Below are positions 1-12,199 of a stretch of DNA of 64,000 bases, in pieces. The position numbers were made by a program, and so were the translations under genes. The notes under the pieces are model-generated. The model worked only from the letters and a program-made list of their open reading frames with translations. It did not search any database and had not been told where the DNA came from. Position 1 is the first letter of the stretch, and every line of letters begins with the position of its first letter. This DNA is from Hemiscyllium ocellatum. Lineage: Eukaryota. Location: NCBI RefSeq assembly GCF_020745735.1, contig NC_083417.1:75702001-75766000 (forward strand), in the 5' to 3' direction.

Positions 1-59
1 TCATTTATTACAGTTCTTTTGTCCACCTGCTTTTGGCTCTGCATAACATTTAGTCTGTG

Positions 60-668
60 ATAGCAAAATACTCAGTGCGATCCTTGTGGTCCATGCTGTC
101 TTGCTAAATCATATACATATGGTTCAATTTTTGTCAAAACAATCTCAGGTCACTATGCTGAACAACATCCATGTGATTGCTGGTCTGATCTTGTATTCTG
201 GCGATGGCACTGAATCCTTTCTCAACCAAATAAGATGTAGGAAATCGTAATGCAAACCACTTTGCCTCTTCGATTAATAGCCAGAAACAACATCGGGTGG
301 CATCTTGGATCCAAAATAGGGGCTCAACCATTTGCGAAAACCGAATTTTCATTGCAGAATCATTTTCGAGCTCTATAATTTCTTCCTGAAGGCGAATGTC
401 CATTTCATCTGCGTATGAGATAAAGGGGTCAGTCAGCCATGTCGGGATCTCCATCTCGATAAAATCAGCAAATTGTATTTTCATATCATTCTCTAGTGCA
501 CAAATGTGAGCTGAGTAGATAAGGAATTGATCATCAGAAACATCCTCCCTAATGTTGTTTAATCGCGTGAACTGTTAAAACACACAACGATTGATATTTC
601 GATGAATGAGATCAAGTTTCACAGTAAAAGACGTAAGAGCATTCCTTGCTTTAATGAAAATCACATTA
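60..668 (-). mobile_element. hAT (Charlie/Buster-like) DNA transposase fossil, C-terminal part including the dimerisation region
   Basis: ORF 134-484 contains FPTSYLVEKGFSA...DLRLF, matching the hAT C-terminal F-x-S/T-S/T-Y-L-x-E-x-G-F-S motif. The reading frame continues upstream with a stop and ends at the CR1 tail near 670. Confidence 0.75.
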
Positions 669-669
669 T

Positions 670-1812
670 AGAACATCGAACATAGAAAAATACAGCACAG
701 AACAGGCCCTTCGGCCCACGATGTTGTGCCGAACATCTATCCTAGATTAAGCACCCATCCATGTACCTATCCAATTGCCGCTTAAATGTCGCCAATGATT
801 CTGACTCTACCACTCCCACGGGCAGCGCATTCCATGCCCCCACCACTCTCTGGGTAAAGAACCCACCCCTGACATCTCCCCTATACCTTCCACCCTTCAC
901 CTTAAATTTATGTCCCCTTGTAACACTCTGTTGTACCCGGGGGAAAAGTTTCTGACTGTCTCCTCTATCTATTCCGCTGATCATCTTATAAACCTCTATC
1001 AAGTCACCCCTCATCCATCGCCGTTCCAATGAGAAAAGGACGAGAACTCTCAACCTATCCTCGTACGACCTATTCTCCATTCCAGGCAACATCCTGGTAA
1101 ATCTTCTCTGCATCCTCTCCAAAGCTTCCACATCTTTCCTGAAGTGAGGCGACGAGAACTGCACACAGTACTCCAAATGTGGCCTAATCAAAGTCCTGTA
1201 CAGCTGCAACATCACTTCACGACTTTTGAATTCAATCCCTCTGCTAATGAACGCTAATACACCATAGGCCTTCTTACAAGCTCTATCCACCTGAGTGGCA
1301 ACTTTCAAAGATCTATGTACATAGACCCCAAGATCCCTCTGTTCCTCCACCTGACTAAGAACCCTACCGTTAACCCTGTATTCTGCATTCTTATTTGTTC
1401 TTCCAAAATGGACAACCTCACACTTGGTAGGGTTGAACTCCATCTGGCACTCCTCAGCCCAGCTCTGCATCATATCTAAGTCCCTTTGCAGCCGACAACA
1501 GCCCTCCTCACTGTCCACAACTCCACCAATCTTCGTATCATCTGCAAATTTACTGACCCACCCTTCGACTCCCTCATCCAAGTCATTAATAAAAATTACA
1601 AACAGCAGAGGACCCAGAACTGATCCCTGCGGAACTCCACTTGTAACTGGCCTCCAGGCTGAATATTTACCATCTACCACCACTCTCTGACTTCGACCGG
1701 TTAGCCAGTTTTCTATACAATTGGCCAAATTTCCCTCTATCCCATGCCTCCTGACTGTCCGCATAAGCCTACCATGGGGAACCTTATAAAATGCCTTACT
1801 AAAATCCATGTA
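670..1812 (-). mobile_element. Young 5'-truncated CR1 LINE (ORF2 reverse transcriptase C-terminal half plus 3' tail)
   Basis: Uninterrupted frame with YMDFSKAF, GVPQGSVLGPLLF, FADD and RPHLEYCVQF. The 3' UTR hairpin GGCCGAAGGGCC is followed by a TTCTATG-like tail at about 670-700. Confidence 0.95.
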
Positions 1813-2330
1813 CAGGGACTTACCTGCCCTTACATTTTCCAACATTTTCAGCATATCCTCTTTCATAACATCAACCTGCTCAAGCATATCAGCCTGGTTC
1901 ATGCTGTCAACATGTCACTTGATTACATTGTACTCGATCTGTCACTTTTTAAAAATCTCTCATTCTCTTAGTCTCTCAATGTCTCTTTGTGCATATATTC
2001 TATCACCTACAATTCTGTCTAACTTTGTATCATCAGTAAATTTGGCTACCATGATTCTTATACCCTTATCCAATTTGTTCGTAAGTCATACGGAAATGCG
2101 AAGCCCTAATCCATATCCTTGTTGGACATCACAGGTCACATCCTGCCATAATAAGTCCCTGTCCATATCCCAACTTTCTTTCGCCTACCACTTAACCAAT
2201 TTCCTAGCTGTATCAGTAACCTTCTCCCAGTTCTATGGGCCCCTGCTGTAATCATCAGTCTGATTTGTGGGATTTCATAAAATGCCCTTTTGAAGCTTAC
2301 AGAAACAATACCTACAGATATTCCATTGTT
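1813..2330 (-). mobile_element. Older degenerate CR1 fragments
   Basis: Encodes LEQVDVMKEDMLKMLENV (CR1 endonuclease-RT linker) and decayed RT-like sequence, abutting the young CR1. Confidence 0.55.
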
Positions 2331-3420
2331 GTCCACTTTCGTCATCTCTGCAAACATTTCAAATAATGGTTGTCACAAGCAACCATGTATACAGGGAATT
2401 TGCCATTAGCACAGAACGTGCTGGAGAAACATACATGTTTGGCAGGATACTTAAAGGGAGAAGCAAAATTTGAAATTAAATATCGCTTTTGTCATGATAA
2501 AAAAAACAACATAATTTGTGCTCGCAATTCATTGAAACTGAGGTGCAAATGCACAAAAATACGTCTTTGCTGAGAACAGATAATTCAATATCAAAATGGA
2601 GAGGTTAGAGTGTGGAGTGGTCAAAAGGTTATAATAGGAGGTTCTTGGAGTTAGAGAGAAATGGAGGAAGATTTCAAGGTTTCTGGAACTTGTGGTCCTC
2701 AACAAAGTGAAACAGAATGAAATGAGACAAATAAAAAATGAAATTTGGACCAGTACAACTTTGAGATAATATGAAGCATAATGAGAAAGAGTGAAGTCGA
2801 GAGCGTGCATTTGGCTACACACACCACAGAGTGTGGATCTCAAATTACAGTGGGAAGCAGCAGTCTGTGGGATGCTGTATGCCTCGGAGATACCTGTACA
2901 TTAAAAAGATGAAGCATGGAACTTCAGTTGAAGTAAAACAATGCTGGATCATCACTGAGGAAGAAGTCACTCTGAAAGTGACTGTTGGAAATCAAATATC
3001 AAACACTAGGAGGGAAACAGAGAGTAATGAATTTGAATAGATTTAAGAATTTCAACTGAACTCCTGTTTTATCGTGGAGCACAACTGTTTCAAGGTGGGC
3101 CTACACAGGAAAGAAGTGGCAGAACACTGATTAACAAATCACTGTGCAAAGAAATCAAAATACAAAATGAATGAAATCGAAATACTGTGGATGCTCAAAA
3201 TCTTTCACAAAAGAAAATACATGTCTTGAAGAACACAATAGGTTCAGTAGCATTTGTGAGACAACAAGGACAGTTAACATTTTACACCTGATATAACTGT
3301 TCTAAGGAAGGAAATGTCATATTTGCCTTGAAGGATTTCCTTAATTTCTCTTTCCATAGATGCTTCCAGATCTACTCCATGTATTGAGTGTTTCCCCCTT
3401 TATTACAATGTTAGCATTAC

Positions 3421-3620
3421 CCATATGGAAGGGGGTTGTGTTTGGAAGTCAGCCATGAATGTTGAAAGGTATTGACACCCAGCTAGGGGTTTGTCTAGAG
3501 ACTTCACATATTGAGCTAAATCTTTAGGAATTGGTTGACGAAAAGTTGGTATTGGACGAATGGAACTTGTTAGACCTACACCTGGGTCTTCACGAACAAT
3601 CAAGAAGCATGATACCATTT
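3421..3620 (-). other. Candidate orphan coding exon, unidentified
   Basis: Open frame ...DPGVGLTSSIRPIPTFRQPIPKDLAQYVKSLDKPLAGCQYLSTFMADFQTQPPSIW ends at TGG|gtaatg. It does not look repeat-derived, but the acceptor is unclear. Confidence 0.25.
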
Positions 3621-3689
3621 GCAAAAAAACAAGTAAATATCATTCAATCCTGCCATTGAAGATGACCAAATGAACAGCAGATGATATGA

Positions 3690-3885
3690 ATCAGAAATAA
3701 AAATAGAAATTGCAGGAAAAGTTCAGGAGCTCTGACGGCATCTGTGAAAAGTAATAAGAGTTAATGTTTCAGGGCAAGTGATTCTTCCTCATAACTTTGA
3801 GCCAAAACAGTACCTTTGATTTCTTTCCAAAGGTGCCGGCAGATCTGCTGAGCTTTTCCAGCAATTTCTGTTGTTTCTGGCATTG
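3690..3885. mobile_element. Degenerate foldback (inverted pseudo-LTR) PLE-derived mini-element
   Basis: Inverted arms cagaaat...gaaattgcaggaaaagttcagg / ctgagcttttccagcaatttctgttgtttctg. Similar relics occur at about 11.25, 23.55, 38.7 and 57.55 kb. Confidence 0.5.
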
Positions 3886-4724
3886 AAGGTACTTCGTTAT
3901 CTGACTCTGACACATTCTCAAACCGAAATGCCTCACCATCAGAACCTCACCTGCCATCTCAAATATCTCAATCTAGGAACAATTAATTTGATCACAATCT
4001 ACTTATCATCCATTGGCCTCTGGGAGGTGTCCACTACCTTAGCAAAATGCTGGTTTAATTTATAGGCAGAGCTTTTAAATTTCAAACCTTCCTCTCCGTG
4101 AAAGGCATTTCGGTTCATTTTCAACAAGGAACCTTGTCTGAATAATTTAATCTTGCCAATCTCAGGTCTTAAATCTTCGTCAAATTACACAAGTGATTTG
4201 TTTTATTTTACCGAGTACCTGAAATATGTTTCTCTTGACTGAATCAATTTCTCCCCGTCTCTCCCTAGGTGCCCAGTGCCTAGTTTCACGTATTCTGGAA
4301 GCAAACTAGGGGGGCCCTGTCCATTTCAAGATTAAACATTTTTATTTTTTTCTACCTTTCGCTGTCAAATTCCTTTCCGACATTACCACACCCACACTAA
4401 CAAGATCATTATCCACAACATTCAGTTTGAAAACTAACAGCAATCTTGCACAGTGATCAAGTCAAGATTCTAGGTTTTAATTTATAGAGAACAGGTTCTT
4501 ACCTCCCCTGAAAACGGCCTTCAATCTATTTTGTTCCATCAAATTATCTGAAGGACAAATTGAATCATCAGTCATGATCAATAACTAATATTTGTCAATT
4601 CATATTGTGTAGAAAATTTGAGCAAAAAAAATTCCGTTGGGAACAAAGTCGCCAGTAATCAATCTAACTTGATAATACCTCAAATGATGTACATCACTCT
4701 TGGAGGTTATAATCCACCATCACC

Positions 4725-5345
4725 ACTATCACAATCACCAATGCTTGCCTTCATTCGATGGGGTATTGAATATAACAGCTGACAGGTGATGTTAAAATTG
4801 TACAAGACTTTGGTTTAGTCGCATTTAGAATGCTGTGTACAGTTCAGGTCGCCACGTTACCAAAAGGATGTTGACGCTTTGGAGAAGGTGCAGAAAAAGG
4901 TTTACAAGGATGCTGCCTGGTATGCAAGGTGCTACCTATGATGACAGGTTGTGTAGGTTAGGATTGTTTTCATTAGAGAAACGGAGATTCAGAAGGGATC
5001 TGATTGAGGTCTACAAAATCACGAAGGGTATACACAATAGATCGTGACAAGCTTTTAACCAAGGCAAGGGATTCAATAACAAGAGGTCACACGTTCATGG
5101 CGAGAGGTGAAAATCTTAAGGGGGCTTCAACCGCAAAGTACTCTACACAGAGGATGTTGCGTGCCTGGAACGCATTGCCAGCAGAGGTAGTAGAGACAGA
5201 CACGGTAGATTCATTTAAGGTTCGGCTGGACAGATACATGAGTAGGCGGGAGCAGAGGGATGCTTAGTAATTGGGCGATACGTTTAGACAGTAGATTTTT
5301 ATTGGCTAAGGCATGGTCGGCCGAAGAGCCTTTTCCTGGGCTGTA
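4725..5345 (+). mobile_element. CR1 LINE 3' fragment
   Basis: Frameshifted RFTRMLPG and LFSLEKRR..DLIEVYKI motifs, followed by the 3' hairpin ggccgaagagcc. Confidence 0.9.
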
Positions 5346-6009
5346 AATGTCCTTTTTTTTTGGTCTTTACTGATAATGCCCTTTCTGAATTCTCTCTCCA
5401 ACTCGGGGTTGACGTTGTTACTTGATTTTTGTTATTCCTAAGTTACATGCACCGGCTTACAGTCCTTCAGTTATTCCAGGTTTTTTTTTAAAAAACTATT
5501 TGATAGTTTTTATTGAGCAGAAACCTGCGCAGTTCCCGAAAACTGGGGTCATTTCAAACTGCAAAATTTCGAGTGCTGCATTTTCAACGTGGGTTCGCAT
5601 ATCGTGATTTCCATTACGCAAGTTGCTTGTTAGATGTCATAACCATCTGCGAGGTCCACCACATGTATTATATCCAAATTAAGCACATGAAGCTAATGTG
5701 TTGCCTAAACACCTCAGTTCACCATGCCTCAATACTTCCAGTAAAATACCATCTTTTGCTAGGTACAGGCATATATATGATTTTGTATCCTTTGAGTTTT
5801 TCACATGGATCAATCTCAATCTCATACAGACTACGAAACTGTGGAATTTATTCAGTCTGTTGTAACGCTTTGGATGTCTTTGATTTGGCATATTCTTAAG
5901 AAAATGTCGCACCCAATTATTAGGATCTGATTCCCACCTTGTATGCAGCTCCGTTCCAGATAGTTTATGTAGCCAGCCTCTGCTATTAGCTCAATAATGC
6001 ATTTGAGAC

Positions 6010-6320
6010 CAGCACTGTGACTCCATGATTAACACTGCTGCCTCACAGTGCTGGGGACCTGCGTTAGATTCCAACCTCGGGCAACTGTCTGTGTGGATTT
6101 TGCACATCCTCTCCGTGTCTGGATGGGTTTCCTTCCACAGAATTGGCCATGCTAAAATTGCCCAAAGTGTTCAGGGATGTGTAGGTTAGGTGCATTAGTG
6201 AAGGGAAATGTAGAAAAACAGGGCAGGGAAATGGGTATGGGTGGGTTACTCTTCAGTGGATCAATGTGGATTGTTAGGCCGAATAACCTGTTTCTGGAAT
6301 ATCAGGATTCTATGAGCTTC
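6010..6320 (+). mobile_element. tRNA-derived HE1-type V-SINE (older copy)
   Basis: Head ...cactgctgcctcacagtgctggggacc..., core ctgtctgtgtggattttgcacatcctctccgtgtct, and a CR1-like tail ending gattctatga. Confidence 0.8.
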
Positions 6321-6469
6321 TATTTCAGGCGCCAGATGCCTTCTGGTCAAGTTGATAGAAAACCTGCTGTATCTCCAAAGCGTATTGCCTCATCATTCAT
6401 TATTCATTCCATTTAGATGATAGAGAATACTCTTTATGCCGGATGTACTCTGGGCTTTCTGAAAGGTAA

Positions 6470-6590
6470 GAGACAGTCAGGTCTGCAGATGCTGAAGATC
6501 AGTGTTGAGATTGTGTTGTTGGAAAAACGCAGCAGGTCAGTCAGCATCCGAGGGGCTGGAAACCTTCATCGGGAATGAGGGCTCTTTCCT
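6470..6590 (-). mobile_element. PLE pseudo-LTR fragment
   Basis: ctgcagatgctgaagatcag...ggaaaaacgcagcaggtcag is the reverse complement of the terminus of the 29-32.5 kb PLE. Confidence 0.7.
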
Positions 6591-6749
6591 GAATGGTACC
6601 TTACTTATTACTTTGTCCCAATAAGGTAGACAGAGCATCATACTAAAATTCTTATGCTTGTTGATGGTTATTCATGTCAAATCCATTTTTGTGTTTCTTT
6701 CACAGAAATCCAAGGCACCCAGATACCTGATGTACATGGCATTTCAAGA

Positions 6750-7150
6750 CTTGAATAGGTATGATAATTTTTCACCATCCTAGCAAGTTCTAGGATTTTC
6801 TATTTTTCTCCCTTTTCTGCCAGTTCCAGTCTCATAAAGACTTGCTTGTAAATTTTCCATGATGTCTTGACACAATGATGCAGTTTTCCAACTGTTATTT
6901 TCAAGGACATTGTCCAATTGCCAAATTAATTGTGTGGCCAGCATTTATCATCTTTGAAGCACCAGATACATTGCAAGCCCTGAGTCTTTTCTGTTGAAAA
7001 CTAATGTGGACAAACCTGTGTCAATGTTTGAGTTTGTCAGTGCTCATGCTTCAAAATCTTCAGCTTCTTGGATGACTGTGTTTGTGAATGTAAGACAAGC
7101 TCATTTTGTTTGAACAGTGAGCTAAGGTCTTCCCTCCATGAATTGCAGTC
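6750..7150 (-). mobile_element. Possible ancient hAT (Ac-like) transposase relic
   Basis: Stop-riddled frame contains ASKMINAGHTINLAI, which resembles the hAT AHTLNL motif. The evidence is weak. Confidence 0.2.
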
Positions 7151-7242
7151 TTTACGAAGATGAGATCAGAGTAATGCAGAATGATTGTTCTTTCCGAGCA
7201 TGATCATGCTGAGATCATCAGTGAAATATTTCTGAATTGAAT

Positions 7243-7244
<2 letters not shown>

Positions 7245-7287
<43 letters not shown>

Positions 7288-7300
7288 TGTGTATGTGTGT
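7245..7300. repeat. (GT)n microsatellite
   Basis: Pure GT run at 7245-7286 with an imperfect extension. Confidence 0.98.
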
Positions 7301-8635
7301 CATATTTTCGAATAAGACAATTGTTCTTAACACATGGAAGTGAATCAAAATGCCTTGCCAAATAAAGTCAAATAATAAAGCCTCAACTGATTGATTAGGC
7401 TGTGGTGGGAGTTTTAATCAAGAAGAAGGTTATGCTTTTGAATATTTCGTCGAGATGTGATTCGTGTATTACTGTATCACGTCCAGTCGCTATGTCTGTA
7501 TTGTATACTCTGATTTCGACCTAACATTATCCCATGCTCTCGTATTGTATCTAGTGTGTTGTAGCATTCCCTGAATTGAATGCTAATGGCAAAGTGCTTC
7601 GCTATATCAGTGAAACCTGAAAATTTTAAACGTGTATCACTGTTCCTCTCCACACTTTATGGAGGAGCATTCAGACTTCAAACCTGTAGGTTAGTCAAAA
7701 AGTCAACTTAACAGAAACTTTCTGGGCGTAGCAATTAATGAAAACTCGAGGGAAAGGGCTTGCCTGAATACATGCTCTTTGCTGTTGCTGAAGGCTGACA
7801 AAGCAGTTGCGACTTGGATGCTTGCGGCCATCCTTCTTTACAAGATTTTGCCGTGACTGAGAGTTTAGGACCAGGGGATAATCTCGGGATGGAGTGCTTC
7901 CAGGTGTGGTGCGAATTTAGGAATTAAAGCAGGTTGGAACACACTTGTCAGCTTTTGCCGAACAATAATTTTGAGTAAAAATCACATTTTGATTTTGAAT
8001 ATACCTGTACAAAAAGTGATAGAAGTCTTGTTTCTTTTATGTTTGTCCAGTCTCCTTGTAGGTCTTGATTGACAAAACCATTCATTTCATGAGCTTTAGA
8101 GTAATTAGTTGCTGAGTTTTAATTGCATCACTCTAGATCGGAGCAATACTTTGAACAATGACTGTAGAGAATACATACTGATTATATTTTTAAATAAATG
8201 CGTTAAGCTGCACAATTTACTCGTTAAAAATAAAAACAAAAAGTGCTGGAGAGACTGAATTGCTCTGGCAATCTGTGGAGACAGAAACGGAGTTCACATT
8301 TCGTGCCTGGAATGGCTCTTTTCCAGAAACTGCAGTAATTTGTTCCTACAGCAATGTGGTGGACTGTCCACTGCCCCCACCTCCCCCAACCCCCCCACCC
8401 CGGGAAAGTTGGGATTGACAATGAACTCTGGACTCATCAGTGAAACGCACATCCTCTGAATGCGGAAAAAGGAAACATCGAAACCTCTGCACTGCCTGTT
8501 GGAATGACACCACCCTAACTTGGCATTTCAATGACCCACCTTGTTCCCAGGCTAATATTTCTCTTTGGCTTGCTCCAGTATTGCAATGAAGCTTAACACA
8601 AGCTGGAGGAACAATTCATTTTCTGCTAAGTTAAC

Positions 8636-9320
8636 AATCACACAATACCAGGTTTTAGTCCAACAGGTATATTTAGAAGCACTAGCTTTCGAAGCGCTGT
8701 TCCTTCATCTGTTGGTTTGTGGAGAATAAGATTGTAAGACACTGAATTTATAGTAAAAGTTTCCAGTGATGTAATTGAAACTATATATTGAAAAAGATCT
8801 GGATTGTTTGTTAAGTCTCACATCTTTTACATACTTGAAGAATTACATTTTAATCTCTTCAAGAACTGAATGAATCCATGTAAGCTTCTCTAACGCCGTT
8901 TTTAAGACTAGAATCAGTCAGACCATTGCGGCACAGACAGCCTGACAGGGGTAACTCACACCTTCCATGCATTATCTGGGCCAACATGACACCGATTGTT
9001 AAAGTTGACTTGAGAATGCAACTTTCAAAAATAGTTTTGCATTTTACATATGAAAGAACTGAAACCAACTTGGTCATTCTAAAAGAGGAAAGACTTAACA
9101 AACAATCCAGGTCTTTTTCAATATATAATTTCAGTTATACAACACTGAAAACTTTTATTATAATTTCTTTGTCTTACAATCTTATTCTCCACAACCACCT
9201 GATAAAGGAATAACGCTCTGAAAGCTAATGTTTCCAAATAAACATGATTTACTATAACCTGGTGTTTTGTGATTTTTAATTTTGTACACCTCAGTCCAAC
9301 ACTGGTGTCTCGAAATCATT
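8636..9320. mobile_element. Foldback PLE-derived element with about 230-bp inverted arms, each carrying a degenerate hammerhead (AGCU stem-III family)
   Basis: Left arm caccaggttttagtccaacagg...ctagctttcgaagcgctgttccttcatctg is the reverse complement of right arm cctgataaaggaataacgctctgaaagcta...ataacctggtg. It is nested in older PLE GIY-YIG relics (about 8.2-9.7 kb). Confidence 0.7.
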
Positions 9321-12199
9321 TTCTGCTCCGGACTTTACAGCCTTTAGGAGTCAGTGCTGAGCTGCACCACTTTAGACTACGGTCTTCAGACTCTATTTTA
9401 ATTGCTTCATCCACCAACAATGGCCTTGTCAGGTCTTGCTGGCTTTATTCTCAGTAAGGCAGAACCATTATTTCCACACAGTGAACACATACCATGCACA
9501 GCTCCATCACCCAACCATCACTGCTGGTACTTAATATGTCTTTTTTTTTCTGAGAACTCTCACAATCAGTTTCCCTTGCTCCTCCTCCCCCTCTGTCAGA
9601 CCATAATAAACACCACTTTAAGGCTCCATTCATACTGAACAAAAAGTAATTCGTTTCCCCCTCCACAGATATTCGAGTTTCAACTTTCAACTTCCAGGCA
9701 TTTTGACTTTCTACAGCATTTTTGCTTTGAGTTCATATTTCTACCACAGACCGAATTTTACTTTTACATCAAATTACAAAGAACATCGCAGTATATAACA
9801 TCACAGTTGGTTACAAGTTATTGAGTCTGTGATTTGTTTTCCCACTGATTGAACTGTCTCTCTAACCTTGAAGCTTCCTTGAAATGTTGTGACCCAGAAA
9901 TCAGTGAGCCTGCAGAATTCACTCATTCAGCAGGTTGTTGAGGGCAAACCATTGTGTTTTCAAGAAGGAGGTGGATGTAGCTCAAAGGACGTAGAGGAAG
10001 GTAGGATTAGAGTATTTAGGTCAATGATCAGCCATCATTTTATTGGATGGTGGAGCATGTTTAAGGAATAGAATGGCAGATTCCTGCTCCTATCCTCTAT
10101 GCGTCCTCCTCAGAACTCAGAACCAACACCGAGTTTGTGTGTGTCAAGCAAATTTCAATCAATGACAATATAATACACTATATCCTACGCACTTCAGCTT
10201 AATTTATTCACATCCTCTTACAAGTAAACTTACCAAACGCCTTGTGAAAATCCAGCTACACCCCCATCGAACGATTCTCCCTCATCTATTATAGTAGCGA
10301 AGCTTTAAAAAGCTCCAGTGGATTTGTTGAGAATGATTTGCATTTCATAAACATCTGCCACCTTTGCCTAATCCTGTCAATCCTTTTCAAATATTTCGAG
10401 ATAATTTCTTTTATAATTTATAAAACAATATGTGGCAGAAATTAATTTTTGCACCAAATACCGTGCACATTCATGTGAAGAATTATTTTACCATTAGCCC
10501 TCCTCCTATTTATAGTTGTTATCTATTTTCCCCTGCAGTTCTCTCTTTAGATATTGTTATGTAATGCCTCCATATCTTCCGACTATGGTAAGTATACATT
10601 TACCCTCATCCAAATCCTCCTCGAGCTCTCATCCTCCAGATCCACCCACCCCATGCGCATGCGCACGCACCCACACACAAATGAACACACACATGAATTA
10701 GATTAACACATTATCCAACAGCTTCAGTTATTCAAATCCCCTACAGACAACACCCAGTGCCATTCAAACGAAATCTGTCCCACTGGATCATCTCTCTACT
10801 GTCCAGTTCTGATACCGTTGCTCCCACAACCTGAAACCAATTCGCAACATGTAATGAACCATGTATTTTTCCCATTGACTTATTTTTCATAGATCAGTTT
10901 GCGTTTTGGTCAGGTCCTAATCCCAAGAATATTTCTTTGCAGGTTGTACTTTTCTAATTTAGTTTGCAACTCTTCAAAATTTTCAGCACAATCACCAGTA
11001 CAGTCCTATCAATGTCATTCTTCCCAACGTGGGTGAAGACATCTGGATTCCTCTCATCCATCTTCAAGTTCCTGTCTAACCCGAGCAGATATCCTTGAAC
11101 TTGACACTGGACAGAAAATGCAGTCTTTGGACCACTCGTTCACTGATGTACAGAACAATATACATTCCGCTAATTGTATTAAAATACAGATGAAATAACT
11201 GCAGATGCTATATATTTGATTTTTTAAAAAGTGATATTTCTGGGAGAAACTCAACAAATCTGGTAGCATATGTGGAGAGAAAACAAAACCCAGTTAACCT
11301 TTTTAGTCCAGTGAGCCTTTGACAGAGCCATAATTGAAATGTTCACTACCACAACTTCATTTCTATTTTGTCTCCCAACTCGAATGCCCTGTGTTTGCAG
11401 GTACTGTGGTCAGTTTCATAATCCTCCTGTTTCTACCACCTTGTTCTTTTTTATTCCCTCACAGCTTTCAAGCTGTATGTATAACTGTTTCTCTGGCTGA
11501 GGGTCCTTCACTGAAAAATCTGTGTTCCTCTTAAGTACCTCACCTGAAGTCGCACACTCCTGTCGCTGCTAACACATCAACTTTGAATGAGCTGTTCTGA
11601 GTAGTTTGACAACCCAATGGAACAAAGTGTTAACTGAACTTTCCCCTTCCCTGGTGTAATGCAATGACTTTAACTCAGAATCTAGATCAAATGCAAAGGT
11701 CTTTGAGTTGGAAGCGCTCCTACAGTTATGTTTGCAATAGACTACATTGGTGCTCACCAGCTTCAACATTTTGCAGTCGCAATACATCATCCATCCTGGC
11801 ATCACTGTTTTATTTGATTTAATTTATACATTACTTCACTTAGATTGCTGACTTACAAGAGATAACACAAAGTGTCACTACTGGAAGATTAGAGATAATA
11901 ACATCAAATTCTTACAGGCACAGATCAGCGTCTAAACAGCGTGGCTATTGTCGTGAATATTCTCCTAAAATCCATTCTAACTAATCAGTGTATTGCTGTA
12001 CAATAATGACTACTCATCCTTCTATGCCATTGAATTTAATCCGACTATCAATTGTAGGACATTGTATTGTACTTAGTATCTTCGAAACTTAATCAGATTA
12101 GTACTGAGTCTAATTTGCTATTGATAATTGCCTATCTTGATAACATTGATTTCATTTGTATGTAGTGACCTCAGCTGTATGCATACCGAAGCCTTAACA

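Noticed and set aside
742-1902. 386-aa intact reverse-transcriptase gene
   Set aside because: It is a chance in-frame fusion at about 1812 of an old CR1 linker fragment (…GKSL) to a 5'-truncated young CR1 (YMDFSK…). It lacks the endonuclease and the N-terminal RT subdomains.
11544-11804. Two small minus-strand exon candidates ending in GTGAG donors
   Set aside because: The acceptors are weak, the frames are short and unidentifiable, and no consistent gene model could be built.
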